UHGV virus genome: UHGV-0049545
Source of the DNA: a virus
DNA length: 59,013 nucleotides
Reading direction: 5' to 3' (one strand)
Both the position numbers and the translations under genes were made by a program. Of this stretch, positions 37,261-47,841 are shown one piece after another. Below the pieces are notes generated by a model. The model was not told the DNA's origin. It did not search any database and saw nothing but the letters and a program-made list of their open reading frames with translations. How positions within the stretch are numbered: the stretch's first letter is position 1; each line of letters begins with the position of its first letter.

Positions 37261-38190
37261 CGCGTTTGCTCCTGGTTGTTCATCCGAGCCACCGGACGGC
37301 CCGTTTAGGAATTCAGCCACTGCCTTAGCCGGCGTTGTGACCGCATCTATTAGTCCGAGGGCCAGTGCTTCTGGGGCGTTATAGCATAATGCCTCGGTGT
37401 CACGCACGACTTTCGGATCTAAATTTCGGTTTTGTGCGACAAGATTGACGAAGTCTTCACGCATGGTGTCGACATCTGCCTGCCAGCGGGCCTTTGTCTC
37501 ATCGGAAAGCGATTCGAACGGGTTGCCGTCGGCTTTGTGCGCACCGGATTTAATAATACTAACCTTAACGCCGAAGTCTTCCAACATCTTACTGATATCG
37601 ACGTGCATCGAGATAACCCCGATGGACCCGGCGCCGCCCGACGGGATGACCGCCATTTTCGTCGCTGCGCTGCCCAGGGCGTACGCTGCAGAGTACGCGT
37701 TGGAGTCCACGACGGAGAACGATGGCTTCACTGCGCGTGACGCGAAAATCTCGTTCGCCAGCTCAAAACATCCCGCTGCTTCACCGCCGTTAGAGTTCAC
37801 GTCGAAAATAATAGCTTCCACGTCAGGATCTGCCAGTGCGGCGTTCATCTGCGAGCGGATGAAATTGTAGCCTGTCACGTAGCCATAGTAATAGCCGCCA
37901 TAGCGGTTAATCAGGGAGCCGTGGATCGGGATGATGGCGAAGCCGCCGGAAAAGGCGAAAGGTTTATTTCCGCTCGACGGCGCCATGCCGTACGCTGCGC
38001 ATAAATTGCGATTGCGCTCCGCGGCGATACGTTCTTCGGCATCGAGGTCAAAATCGTCCTCATCGGCGCTCATCTGGAACACCGACTGGATATTCAGCAG
38101 GAAGTTGGTGTCGCTTTCACGGACAGCTACCGGCGACCCGTTCATGCGCTGAACCGCTTGCATTAAGCTGGATCGAACATGTGCATTCAT
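36850..38190 (-). CDS. prohead protease, S49/ClpP family (lambda C-like), with A/T/Q-rich scaffold-like C-terminus
   Basis: GGEAAG... serine-peptidase S49 region; position after the portal gene. Confidence 0.75.
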   Translation of the reverse strand: MNAHVRSSLMQAVQRMNGSPVAVRESDTNFLLNIQSVFQMSADEDDFDLDAEERIAAERNRNLCAAYGMAPSSGNKPFAFSGGFAIIPIHGSLINRYGGYYYGYVTGYNFIRSQMNAALADPDVEAIIFDVNSNGGEAAGCFELANEIFASRAVKPSFSVVDSNAYSAAYALGSAATKMAVIPSGGAGSIGVISMHVDISKMLEDFGVKVSIIKSGAHKADGNPFESLSDETKARWQADVDTMREDFVNLVAQNRNLDPKVVRDTEALCYNAPEALALGLIDAVTTPAKAVAEFLNGPSGGSDEQPGANAMFTQEQMDAARQDAAAEATATATAAATTAERNRISGILGCEAAKGRSKLASHIAFNTAMSVADAETMLGASAVEQAPAPAAATNQPEKGADSPFKTVMDNADHPNMGAENEQQAEPGKGDGLMAAMAAVAGDSFTK

Positions 38191-39851
38191 TGGTTCTGTT
38201 CCTTATCAGGGTTATCGGTCGCCGACGAGGAAGATGATGTCGTCTCTGCGCCTTCGACAACTTTACCTGAAAAATCCAAATCCAGCGATTTAATCAGATT
38301 TTCTTCCCGCGCGCGCTGCTCAAACACCGAACGGAAATCGCCACCCAGGCGCGCAATTTCGGCTTCGTACGTTGACAGGCCATTCTTGATACGCAGGATC
38401 GCGGCTTCGGTTTCTTTCTTCTCGTCAATCTGGCCACGGCTGGCACCGATCCATTCAGCGTTGCAAATCGCATCACGGAACATCGGGTCGTAAAAGTCAC
38501 GCCAGGTCTTGCCCGGTGGCAGCGGCACATTGCCGGCGTTAATCTCTTCTTCCAGCCACAGCGTATAGACCATGGACGCGAAACGGTCGGCTACCAACTT
38601 CTTACGGCTCTCCATGAATTTCCACGTTTCCGCCATCGACGCACGCGCAGAACTGTAGTTCGTCTTCGTGTAGTCGCGGCTGAACTGCTCATAGGAAAGA
38701 CCGAGAGCCGCGGCGATATTGCGCAGCAGCGATTCTTCATAGTCGGTACCGACGCCGCCGGGTGTGCCGGCTGGTTTCAGGTTGAACTTCGTTCCCGGAA
38801 AGAGGTGCGGGACTTTAACGCCGTCGATCGTGATGTTCTTCGACGCGGCGACATACTCGGCCATACTCGCCATGTAGGCATTGAAGTATTCCGAAAAGGC
38901 GGTCTGCCCCATGCCCAGTTGCGAGAAGACTTCATGCGTCGGCAGCTCGGATTCGATAACGGCGGCATACGTCGCATTAACGATGGCATTCTGCAGGGTG
39001 ACTTCCTGGAAATTGCGGGTCATCCGCATCTGCTTCAACGCCGACACCATCTCGCTGATACCACGGGTCTGCCCGGGCAGCAGCTGTTCGATGATGTGGA
39101 TAATGCGCCGGCGGCCCCAGTCGAATCGCGCAGGCTCGCGCTTCCAGCGCCACTGGCCTTCAATGTTGGTGTAGTCTCCCGGGAAGGCTTCGCGGAACCA
39201 GTACGCCTGCGGGGCGCCATACTCGTCAATCTCGACGCCCTTACGGATCCGGTCGGTATCCGTCTGCATGTCCGGATTCGACAGACGGTAGGGCGAGATG
39301 AACTGAATGGCGGTACCGAATGGGCGGCGGCCTAACGCGCCACGTCCGGTAGACTTGACCCACTCGGCAGACCCCAGCACTTCCCCGGTCATCAAAAATC
39401 CGCCGACCGCGAGGCGAACCAGGCCGGTAAACGTATTGACGCGCCGGGCGTCGAACCAGTTTTCCGGTGACTCTGCCGCCATATTGAACCGCGATTCGAC
39501 GATAGACTGGAATTCCTCTGCCCAGCCGTCCGGGGCGCCAAGCACCAGGGAATTCGGTTTGGCGTTCAGCTTGTACTGCGACCCGACAATGCTGTCACGG
39601 TGGATCGCCACGGCGCCAAAGGCGTAGCCGTCGTTCTGCACCATGTCCTGCGCGCGGGCATCGGCCATGTCCTTATCGCGGGCGATCTGCTGGTCAGGCG
39701 AGATTATCGCAGGATTCCAGTTGAAGGTTTCTCGGGTGTTTCGTTCAGCGCCCTCAAGGCCGCCGCCCGCTGCAGGTTTCGCCGGAGAGGCGTCGACCGT
39801 AGCAACCGCGGTTTTCTTGCGCGCGCGAGCGGCTTTCTTGACTTCGCTCAT
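38187..39851 (-). CDS. portal protein (lambda B-like)
   Basis: Size and position; ATGA overlap with the W-like stop at 39851-39848. Confidence 0.7.
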   Translation of the reverse strand: MSEVKKAARARKKTAVATVDASPAKPAAGGGLEGAERNTRETFNWNPAIISPDQQIARDKDMADARAQDMVQNDGYAFGAVAIHRDSIVGSQYKLNAKPNSLVLGAPDGWAEEFQSIVESRFNMAAESPENWFDARRVNTFTGLVRLAVGGFLMTGEVLGSAEWVKSTGRGALGRRPFGTAIQFISPYRLSNPDMQTDTDRIRKGVEIDEYGAPQAYWFREAFPGDYTNIEGQWRWKREPARFDWGRRRIIHIIEQLLPGQTRGISEMVSALKQMRMTRNFQEVTLQNAIVNATYAAVIESELPTHEVFSQLGMGQTAFSEYFNAYMASMAEYVAASKNITIDGVKVPHLFPGTKFNLKPAGTPGGVGTDYEESLLRNIAAALGLSYEQFSRDYTKTNYSSARASMAETWKFMESRKKLVADRFASMVYTLWLEEEINAGNVPLPPGKTWRDFYDPMFRDAICNAEWIGASRGQIDEKKETEAAILRIKNGLSTYEAEIARLGGDFRSVFEQRAREENLIKSLDLDFSGKVVEGAETTSSSSSATDNPDKEQNQ

Positions 39852-40117
39852 CTGAAAATAAACCTCGCTGGGCGACTCGGCGTGCCGAAGAAGGCTCTGC
39901 ACGGGTCGGGTGAGTTAATTGCGTTCTGCAGTCGCAGAATATACGCCCACAGGCTCTGGCGGTTGGCCGCCGTATACTCTACGCGTTCGCCGTTCTGATC
40001 CACCACAACACGCACCGAACCACCGACGTTCAGCTGGTTATAGGCGTCCATAGCGTCATTCAGCCATTGTTGGTACTTGGCTCGGCATTCATCTGGGGTC
40101 ATGGTGGTCATCCTCAT
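39848..40117 (-). CDS. head-tail joining protein W-like
   Basis: 89 aa between the terminase and portal genes. Confidence 0.5.
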   Translation of the reverse strand: MRMTTMTPDECRAKYQQWLNDAMDAYNQLNVGGSVRVVVDQNGERVEYTAANRQSLWAYILRLQNAINSPDPCRAFFGTPSRPARFIFR

Positions 40118-42189
40118 GCTAACATTTCGGCCAGTTGCGCAAAACTATAACCTGTATCTGGTTTTTCTGCGATGGCCTCCTGTTTATCTATTGTGACCAC
40201 CAGCGGGTTTTTATCCCACTCGTCCGCCCAGACGGGCGGGTTATCCCAGTCTATTGCTTCCATCGCGAGGACACGCCCGCTGATACACATCCCGATCAGA
40301 TAGTAACTCAAGTCCCACGTTTCATTTCGGGTACCCTGCGGGCATTGCCAGCCTTTTTCGTCGCGATGCTCGGCGCACATCTCGCCATACGCGTAGTCCG
40401 GAAGCCACGTAGGGAAATGATACATGCCTTTTCCGGGAACCGTTACATCCAGTCGGCCGTTAAGCATGTCTTTCACCATATTCGAGTTTATCATCAGCAC
40501 CGGGACGTCGCCGCGCGCGATCGCGTTTTTGTCCTTCCGGTTAGAATCCGGCGTCGCGATATGGGTACGCGGGCTTTTCGGCATCGGGTCGCCTTTGACC
40601 AGAATGAATCGCCCGTTTTTCCCCTCGCGGCGCAGCTTACGATAATACTCGTACGCATTGGCCGTTACGCCTGCTGCACCGCCGGAGTCACAGGCTGTCA
40701 TCTTGACCTGCATCACGCGACTAGGGTCATCGGCCAGCGGATAGGTCTTCATCATGACCTGCTTCTCGATCAAATCCCAGTCCTCCAGGTACGCCGCCGG
40801 GCTTAACTTCTCCCGCTCGCCGTCTATATCGAGACGTTCGGATTTGATGATGTTGAACCGGTCAATCAGGTAAATATCGAACGGGTACCCCGGCGCCACG
40901 CCGAATACGGCCACTTCAAAGCGGTGTTTCTGGACGTCCACCGTCGCCGCCAGGAAACGCACGGCGGGTGGTACTGTTTTTTCCGCCCACGGCTCGGCCC
41001 GCGCTTTCAACATTTCCGGAACACGAACCGACTCGATCGACTTCGGCACATAGGGTTCGCCCATGTCGTTGTTCCAGAATTTTTTCAGTGACTCTTCCGA
41101 CATCGTGCGCTCATAGTCGTCGGACGCATCGAGGTAGTTCAGCACCAGCGTCTGCCATGAGATAAACGCCGCCGCCGTTCCGCGTAGCCAGAAGGACGCG
41201 AATGTCGCCCGAAGCGGCTCGCCGACCAGTTGCCCTTTCTCGTTTACCGTACATCCTTCCGGTACCCACATGCCCCACAAATTCATCTCGTACTTCTCTT
41301 CCGGCGCGATTTCGCAGCCGCAGCATGGGCAGACCATTCGGGCCGTTTCTGCTTTTTCCAGGTTCGTGAGCGTTCGCCCATCTGCGGACTTGGTGTCCCA
41401 CTTCATCAGCTGGAACGTTCCTTCGAAATACTGGTCGCAATGGGGGCATGGCCATTTCCAGCGCCGGCGGTCGCCGCGGTTGTAAAGTCCGACGATGCCG
41501 TCGCACGGCGGCGCTTCATGCGGCGTTTTCTTGATCCAGTTTGGGTCTTTTACCGGGCGGGACGGCGACGATTCTGCCGCGCACATGGCAAACGACCCGA
41601 AGGTCGTTGTACGTTTTGACGCGAGGTCAAAGGCGTTACCATCACCGCCGATGTCATCGTCTATACGGTCATAGTCGGTGATGATAATACGGCCCACTGG
41701 CCTCCCCGCCAGTTCCGTAACCGATGGGTAACTAAGCGTCAGGATGATCCCGGTGGTGTAGTGTTTGTCGAATTTGTTATCGGCATCACGGTTCTTCATC
41801 AGCATGGCGCCCACTTCCGGACTGTGCCGGTGGAGTCGGTCCACGCGTCGCATGGAGAAGTCGCGTGCGGCGGTAGAAGTCGGGCAGAACACCATGATAT
41901 CCATGGGATCCACTTTCACCGAATAGGTAATGCCGTTGAGGATCAGCGCATCCGTTTTCCCGCTCTGCGCCGGGCCGACAAACGCCATTTTGTTGTAGTG
42001 GCGGCTGTTCAGCGTGTTCATCGGCTCGACCATGTATGGTGTGGTCATGTTGAGCCAAGGCCCGACATATGCGCCGGGCTGGTTCACGTAACGGTATTTG
42101 GCGGCCGCCTCGGCGACCGTCATGCGCATTGGCGGCCGCAGCTGGCTGGCGACCGACCGGATGATGTGGTTTAACGATTTAAACTTCAT
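40114..42189 (-). CDS. terminase large subunit (lambda gpA-like)
   Basis: ATG 42189 behind GGAGGAAG; size and order. Confidence 0.75.
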   Translation of the reverse strand: MKFKSLNHIIRSVASQLRPPMRMTVAEAAAKYRYVNQPGAYVGPWLNMTTPYMVEPMNTLNSRHYNKMAFVGPAQSGKTDALILNGITYSVKVDPMDIMVFCPTSTAARDFSMRRVDRLHRHSPEVGAMLMKNRDADNKFDKHYTTGIILTLSYPSVTELAGRPVGRIIITDYDRIDDDIGGDGNAFDLASKRTTTFGSFAMCAAESSPSRPVKDPNWIKKTPHEAPPCDGIVGLYNRGDRRRWKWPCPHCDQYFEGTFQLMKWDTKSADGRTLTNLEKAETARMVCPCCGCEIAPEEKYEMNLWGMWVPEGCTVNEKGQLVGEPLRATFASFWLRGTAAAFISWQTLVLNYLDASDDYERTMSEESLKKFWNNDMGEPYVPKSIESVRVPEMLKARAEPWAEKTVPPAVRFLAATVDVQKHRFEVAVFGVAPGYPFDIYLIDRFNIIKSERLDIDGEREKLSPAAYLEDWDLIEKQVMMKTYPLADDPSRVMQVKMTACDSGGAAGVTANAYEYYRKLRREGKNGRFILVKGDPMPKSPRTHIATPDSNRKDKNAIARGDVPVLMINSNMVKDMLNGRLDVTVPGKGMYHFPTWLPDYAYGEMCAEHRDEKGWQCPQGTRNETWDLSYYLIGMCISGRVLAMEAIDWDNPPVWADEWDKNPLVVTIDKQEAIAEKPDTGYSFAQLAEMLA

Positions 42190-42748
42190 CGTCTTCTTCC
42201 TCCGCGAACCGTCTTTCCAGGGTATTCGCGAGGTCATCCAGTATTGAATCCACCGATGACTGCACCACGTTGCGCTGCGCTTCGGTAAGCCCTACCTGCC
42301 GCGATAATGTGTCGGGGATCAGCAGCAGACTCATTCGCAGCGTTTTGATTGCTTCGCCGAATACGCTGACCACGTCTTCCGTTGGCCACAGGTTCCCTGC
42401 GCGCAGGTCATACTCCTGCTTCGCGCGCTGGCCGTTCCAGAACTCCTTCGACAGCTCTTTGGGCAGGTCTTTGAAGTTCATGCGGCGCAAATACGTCTCG
42501 ACGTCGTACAGTGGTTTCACCAGGTACGGCGCGACTTCGTGGACCGCGTAAATTGGGTACCCGCCGCGCTCCCCGACGGGTGGGATATCCATGATCTTCG
42601 GTGTGATGTCCCGGCGCTCCATGCGGAACAGCTTCGCCAGTTGCGTTATGTTGCACCCCTGAAAAATCATCGCCTCGGTATCAGCGTCCGGCGCATTCGA
42701 TCGCCGATTGCGGGTCGCCAGCGGGGCGGTCTTAGTCGTCTTCGTCAT
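42179..42748 (-). CDS. terminase small subunit (Nu1-like HTH), C-terminus ...EEEDDEV
   Basis: N-terminal ...CNITQLAKLFRMERRDITP... HTH; position. Confidence 0.5.
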   Translation of the reverse strand: MTKTTKTAPLATRNRRSNAPDADTEAMIFQGCNITQLAKLFRMERRDITPKIMDIPPVGERGGYPIYAVHEVAPYLVKPLYDVETYLRRMNFKDLPKELSKEFWNGQRAKQEYDLRAGNLWPTEDVVSVFGEAIKTLRMSLLLIPDTLSRQVGLTEAQRNVVQSSVDSILDDLANTLERRFAEEEDDEV

Positions 42749-44303
42749 CCCATAGCTCCGTTTTCTTAGCCTTCATGCGCTTAGTTATGCGGCCTTTGAT
42801 GCGGTTTAGCAAATCAAAAAAAGCATCTTGCACATCACCCTTAGTATTTAGCGCTTCGATGACGGTGCCGTCGACAGTGTCGATCAGCTCCTTGGTTTTC
42901 GGATGGCGGATCATCGCTTTCATCTGGTAAACCGTTACCGGGTGCTTCTGGCCCTGACGCGCCAGGCGGCCATTGAATTGCAGAAACCGTTCAAGCGACC
43001 ACGGGTTATCGACGTATACGATGATGTGACCACCGTGCTGCAGGTTAAGTCCATGGCCGGCGGACTGTGGGTGCGCCGCCAGTAGCTTTATCTTTCCGGC
43101 ATTCCACTTCTTAATCGCCTTGCCGTCATCATCCATGACGACCAGACCCCTTTTCCCGAACCGCTCCTGCAGGCGGGCCAGGGTCGGCTTAAAGTGATAG
43201 GCCAGGAAGACGTTTTCCCCCTCCAGGGTGCTGTCAAGTAACTCTTCCAGCGCATCGAATTTCAGGTCGTGAATTCGATAAGCATCTTTCTGCTTCACCA
43301 CTTTGTCGTCACTGGTGATCCCGACGATTTTGGTGTCGTAGATAAATCCGGACGCCAGCTGCAGCAACTTGTCCTGCAGGGCCGCCGCCTGCTCGGCTTC
43401 AATCGTCACCGGGTCATCCAGATATTCGTCGAATTCGTCGGGCATGATTTCGACAAGGGATTCTTCTTCCATCTGGCGGTACAGGTCCGCGGAATGCGGG
43501 TCTAGTTCTACCGGTAGCGGTACCAGCGTTGGCTTTTCGACGTCAAGATAATCTTCCGCCTTCATCACCATGACGATGTCGGAGATTTTGCGGATGATTT
43601 CTTCCTCGGCACCATTGCGTAACTTGAACTTGAAATTGTACTTGTTTTGGATGAAATAGTTTTCCTGATACCCGGTGATCGTGGTGCCAAAGCGCTCGCC
43701 TTCGTCCAGCAGGTACGTCTGCGCGAAAATGCCCATGTACCCTTCGGCGGCAGGGGTGGCAGTCAGCTCCACCAGGTAGTTTATGTACGGCCGGCAGCGG
43801 CGTAGCAGCTTGAACCGTTGCGAGGTATGCGACTTGAACATGCTGGACTCGTCCAGGATAACCATGTCGTATGGCCATTTCTTTTTGAACAGTGTACACA
43901 GCCACGCGAGGTTATCCACGCTCACCGTGTAGAAATGGCAGTCCTCGCGTGCGGCGCGCTCGCGTTGTGCTGCATCGCCATCGATGACCGATATCTTCCA
44001 GAAACAGAGGTGCCCCCATTCCTCGAATTCGCTTGGCCAGCCCACTTTCGCAACGCGCTTTGGCCCGACGATCAGCACTTTGTTAACTTTCCCGTCGACG
44101 ATACGGTCCAGTGCGGCAGTGGCGGCCATCACGGTCTTGCCCAGTCCAAGGTCGACGAACAGGCCACAGAACGGCGTGTCTTTGATGAAGTCGACGCCGT
44201 CGTCCTGATAGCCGTGCATGTCCGACCGCTGGTGAATCACGTTGCGCTGGCAATACGCGATTGCCTTACTCAAAGGCGATAAGGTAGTTCTTAAAGTCTT
44301 CAA
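42732..44303 (-). CDS. SNF2/DEAD-family helicase, C-terminus ...WDDEDD
   Basis: Walker A DLGLGKT, DESS box. Confidence 0.75.
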   Translation of the reverse strand: MKTLRTTLSPLSKAIAYCQRNVIHQRSDMHGYQDDGVDFIKDTPFCGLFVDLGLGKTVMAATAALDRIVDGKVNKVLIVGPKRVAKVGWPSEFEEWGHLCFWKISVIDGDAAQRERAAREDCHFYTVSVDNLAWLCTLFKKKWPYDMVILDESSMFKSHTSQRFKLLRRCRPYINYLVELTATPAAEGYMGIFAQTYLLDEGERFGTTITGYQENYFIQNKYNFKFKLRNGAEEEIIRKISDIVMVMKAEDYLDVEKPTLVPLPVELDPHSADLYRQMEEESLVEIMPDEFDEYLDDPVTIEAEQAAALQDKLLQLASGFIYDTKIVGITSDDKVVKQKDAYRIHDLKFDALEELLDSTLEGENVFLAYHFKPTLARLQERFGKRGLVVMDDDGKAIKKWNAGKIKLLAAHPQSAGHGLNLQHGGHIIVYVDNPWSLERFLQFNGRLARQGQKHPVTVYQMKAMIRHPKTKELIDTVDGTVIEALNTKGDVQDAFFDLLNRIKGRITKRMKAKKTELWDDEDD

Positions 44304-44637
44304 AATTGTCCACCCATGTCACGTTAGCCCCTTTGGCTTTCATCTGCCGATGGCGGTTGCGCTGCTGCAGCGTTGGTTCTTCGCCAGGGCGCTTGAATTC
44401 CACAAAAAGCACAACGCCGTTCCGGATAAAAACGCGATCCGGAACGGCCTTTTTCCCGGGTGCCGTGAACTTCGACACCCACCAGCCGCGGCCCTGCGCA
44501 TACTCGCAGCAGCGGCATTCGACCTTCGATTCCCTGACGACAGGGGTTGTCCATTCTGGCATTAGCGGTTTCTCCGTGTAGGGAACACCGACCATCTTGG
44601 CCTTCGGTTTAACGCCTGTTCCGTCATGGTGGACCAT
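44266..44637 (-). CDS. VRR-NUC domain nuclease
   Basis: ...PDRVFIRNGVVLFVEFKRPGEEPTLQQ... . Confidence 0.65.
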   Translation of the reverse strand: MVHHDGTGVKPKAKMVGVPYTEKPLMPEWTTPVVRESKVECRCCEYAQGRGWWVSKFTAPGKKAVPDRVFIRNGVVLFVEFKRPGEEPTLQQRNRHRQMKAKGANVTWVDNFEDFKNYLIAFE

Positions 44638-45092
44638 TTAACGTTCCCCGGTTCGTAATTCCCGTCATTGTCTATTCGGTCAATCGTAAGCCCGGGTTTC
44701 CATGTGCTGCCCACGTCGTCCTTAAAGGCCGAATAGCTTTCCCGCCAGCGGTCACAAACGGTTATCCCTCTTGCACCGTAGTAACAGTAATCCGGGTCGG
44801 TTTCACGGTGACATCGCGCCTTCATGGAACGCCAAACGTCATATAGCTTTTCCCCGCACCCACCGTGTTTCGTTTTCATGGTCCGCATACGATCTCGGGA
44901 AGATTCACGTCGCAAACACCCGCAGCTTTTCTTTCGGCCAGCTTTCAGCTCACGGGTACCAGCTAGTGTTTTTTGACCACATTCGCATTTACAGACCCAT
45001 TTTCTCGGGTTAAGCCGGGATGACGGGATGTCGGATAGGCAAATAACCGTAAGTCGGTTGAACGTTTTACCTGATAAGTCGTTGTTTTTCAT
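44562..45092 (-). CDS. HNH-family endonuclease with zinc ribbon (free-standing, between PolA and VRR-NUC)
   Basis: GKTFNRLTVI...WVCKCECG...CGC and ...IDRIDNDGNYEPGNVKW. Confidence 0.55.
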   Translation of the reverse strand: MKNNDLSGKTFNRLTVICLSDIPSSRLNPRKWVCKCECGQKTLAGTRELKAGRKKSCGCLRRESSRDRMRTMKTKHGGCGEKLYDVWRSMKARCHRETDPDYCYYGARGITVCDRWRESYSAFKDDVGSTWKPGLTIDRIDNDGNYEPGNVKWSTMTEQALNRRPRWSVFPTRRNR

Positions 45093-45097
45093 GGGGA

Positions 45098-47140
45098 TTA
45101 GTCCTTCCTATAAAAGTATCCGGACCATCCGGCGGCGCCAAGCGGTAATCCGGGCGCCCATGGCAGTTCAGCCGCCATGCAGCTGATCAGGTCAGCAAGG
45201 GTTAACGGGCTATCTTCCGGGACTTCGGTGACGATCTCATCGTGGATATGCATGACGATCTTAAAGCCCATCCGGTGTGCCTTCTTCATCCCTTCGGCGA
45301 GGACGTCACGCGCCAGGGCCTGGACGATGTTTTCCACAAGTTTCCCACCGTGGCTGAACACCTTGCCCCAGGACGAACCATTAGCTTTTTCGATTTTTCC
45401 TTCGTACTGGAAGTTCAGTGTGGTGTACTTCTCGCCTTTACGTTTACCGCTCTGAACCGTCATCTGGCGTTCTACGATGCGCGGGCGGAAGTAGTACATC
45501 TTGCGGCCTGACGGTAGCTTAATAGTCAGGAATGGCTTTGTGTATTCGATGGTCAGACACTTCCACTTCACCGGGCGATGCGTACGGATAACCTGGAAGA
45601 CACAGTTTTCCAGCTGTTTCCATGCCTCCACGATTTCCGGGCAAAGTTCACGAAACGCTTTCACCGAATCCGCGGCTTCTTTCTGGGTCATGTGAACGCC
45701 CATGTTCTCCGCGTATCCCCACAGCCCGGTTTTCTTCCCATCGTCGCCAAGGTGGCCGCCACCAAGGCGATAACCTGCACCGAGTGTGGCGGGTTTCGCT
45801 TTAGTACGATGAGGGATTGTCTCCTCGTATGGCAATCCGAGCCAGTGGGCCGCAAACGATCGATACAGGTCATGTTTTATAGCCAGCGTATCCATGAACC
45901 ATTTGCAGTCTGTCAGCCACCCGATCACGACCGATTCGATCGAAGCAAGGTCGGCAACGATAAACTTGTGACCGGGAGAGGGGATAAACGCAGACCGGAT
46001 GCAGCCGACAAGGGCATCCATCGGTTCCCCGGCGAACAGCGCCAGGTTATCCAGTTCCCTGTTCGCGATGAACCGGTTCGCGATAGTGAGGTCTTCAACG
46101 GCTTCCAGGAATTTTGGAGTACGTGGCAGGTTTTGCGTCTGGATCTTTCGTCCCGCCCAGCGGTTCGTCCGGCTGGCACCGGCGAACTGCAGAGAGTAGC
46201 GGAATCTACCATCGTGGCCCGCCGCATTTTTCATCGTCCGGTATTTGGCAACCGAGTTTTTTGCGCTATTAAGCCGGAGGCTAAGAATGGGAATGGCTTC
46301 GCTATCAATGCCGTTCTCTTCCTGCTCCCTGATAACCTTCTCGACCGTGTCTTTTCTAAGGTCGTCAAACGGATAGCCGCGTTCGCGTAACCACGGGAGC
46401 AATTGTGAGACGGAATTAGGGTTTTGAAGGCCGGTCAGGTCTTTCATCTCTTCGATGATTTGCGGTTTGCGCATGTCCGCCAGGTCCAGTGCGGCCTGCG
46501 CGAATTCAGTATCGATCATTACGCCGCGGTCATTGATAAGCTGGTCAAGCGCGTATAAGTCCCACTCCTGCGGCAGTATGGGGTACTTGATGAGCCGATT
46601 TTTAATCAGCATTTCAGTTTCGACGTCGCGAACGTTATACCGACAGAACCCCCACCACTCTTCGGGATCCGTTAGCTCGTTACGCCACTCAAAAGGGTTA
46701 TTTTTGGTGACGCGTTGAGGCATGCAGAACATCCGTATCAACCGCTTGCCATCCGGGTCTTTCAGCTGGTCTTCTTTCAGCCCAATCTGCTTACCTACCT
46801 GCAGAAGATCGCCAGCAAAGCCCAGCATGTAGGCCAGAACCATCGTGCATCGCCAGGATTTATACGGGGTTTTCAGGCCAAGAACTCGGCGGGTCATCAC
46901 CCTTTCGAATTGCGCGTTGAAAGCCCACTTCTCCACGTGGGGGTCAAGCAGCGCTTCTTTCAGCTCTGCCGGCATCTTCGCGCCACGGGATAGGTCGGCA
47001 TGCTGTACCTTGCCGTTGTTAACAGAATATGCTGCCATCAGGATTTTAGCATCCGGGCAGCGTGAATAACGGTCCAGGCCTTGCTTCGTCAAATCGACGC
47101 GCGCCCGGCTTTCGTAGTCAAGGTTAATAATATCGGCCAT
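45098..47140 (-). CDS. DNA polymerase I family (PolA) with 3'-5' exonuclease motifs
   Basis: Exo I LDYES; palm motifs. Confidence 0.85.
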   Translation of the reverse strand: MADIINLDYESRARVDLTKQGLDRYSRCPDAKILMAAYSVNNGKVQHADLSRGAKMPAELKEALLDPHVEKWAFNAQFERVMTRRVLGLKTPYKSWRCTMVLAYMLGFAGDLLQVGKQIGLKEDQLKDPDGKRLIRMFCMPQRVTKNNPFEWRNELTDPEEWWGFCRYNVRDVETEMLIKNRLIKYPILPQEWDLYALDQLINDRGVMIDTEFAQAALDLADMRKPQIIEEMKDLTGLQNPNSVSQLLPWLRERGYPFDDLRKDTVEKVIREQEENGIDSEAIPILSLRLNSAKNSVAKYRTMKNAAGHDGRFRYSLQFAGASRTNRWAGRKIQTQNLPRTPKFLEAVEDLTIANRFIANRELDNLALFAGEPMDALVGCIRSAFIPSPGHKFIVADLASIESVVIGWLTDCKWFMDTLAIKHDLYRSFAAHWLGLPYEETIPHRTKAKPATLGAGYRLGGGHLGDDGKKTGLWGYAENMGVHMTQKEAADSVKAFRELCPEIVEAWKQLENCVFQVIRTHRPVKWKCLTIEYTKPFLTIKLPSGRKMYYFRPRIVERQMTVQSGKRKGEKYTTLNFQYEGKIEKANGSSWGKVFSHGGKLVENIVQALARDVLAEGMKKAHRMGFKIVMHIHDEIVTEVPEDSPLTLADLISCMAAELPWAPGLPLGAAGWSGYFYRKD

Positions 47141-47206
47141 GGTGTCCTCTTATGAGAAAGCCCGCACTAGGCGGGCTTCCGGTTTCAATGCCCGACGGGC
47201 TGGGGG

Positions 47207-47827
47207 TTAAACGTCGTCGTCTTCATCGCCGGCGTCGTCGTCTTCCCAGTCTTCGTCGTCATCCCACGCGTCGGAGGTATCAACACGACCTTCGCCGAAC
47301 GGTTCGTCATCTTTACGCTTCAAAACGGAGATCAGGTTAGCGTTTACGCGTTTGCCGTATTTGTTATCCTGGGTCCAGGGTCGGATAACCATGGACACCC
47401 AGCAACCGCCGTAAATCTCTTCTTCAATCTCAGCCTTAGTCGTTAATTCCTCGCGCTCGATGTTAAAGACTTCGGGCTTTTTGCTTTCGCGCGCAGAGAG
47501 AACCCACATGCCAGCGCATTCCGGTTTGTCCGGGAAATCAACATCGCCGTCTTTCAGGAACAACATGGCCGGCGCCACTTTGAGCGGACCAGCTTTGTGG
47601 TTCTTTTTGGCGACTTCGATCTGCTCTTTCAGCAGCTGGTAAATCTCTTTGTGCGTTTTCTTCGGCAAAAGCCCGACGATACCGTATTTCGGCTCGCCTT
47701 CGCCGTCTCCGCCGTATGGGGCGCCCAGGTGCGGATATGAAGCGCGTACGTTGGAAACTTTGATGTGACCGCTCTTATACAGAACGCCGTTTTTAACTTT
47801 CTTCGCAGGAACTAATTTTTCAGCCAT
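47207..47827 (-). CDS. DUF2815-family single-stranded DNA-binding protein, C-terminus ...DDAGDEDDDV
   Basis: OB-fold family that co-occurs with DUF2800 and PolA. Confidence 0.6.
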   Translation of the reverse strand: MAEKLVPAKKVKNGVLYKSGHIKVSNVRASYPHLGAPYGGDGEGEPKYGIVGLLPKKTHKEIYQLLKEQIEVAKKNHKAGPLKVAPAMLFLKDGDVDFPDKPECAGMWVLSARESKKPEVFNIEREELTTKAEIEEEIYGGCWVSMVIRPWTQDNKYGKRVNANLISVLKRKDDEPFGEGRVDTSDAWDDDEDWEDDDAGDEDDDV

Positions 47828-47841
47828 TTCTCTACTCCGGG

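Noticed and set aside
47141-47206. Stem-loop AAGCCCGC-ctagt-GCGGGCTT between the SSB-like gene and PolA as a terminator
   Set aside because: On the coding (minus) strand it is followed by UCUCAU rather than a U-run. It may be an RNA processing or stability element but is not a convincing intrinsic terminator.
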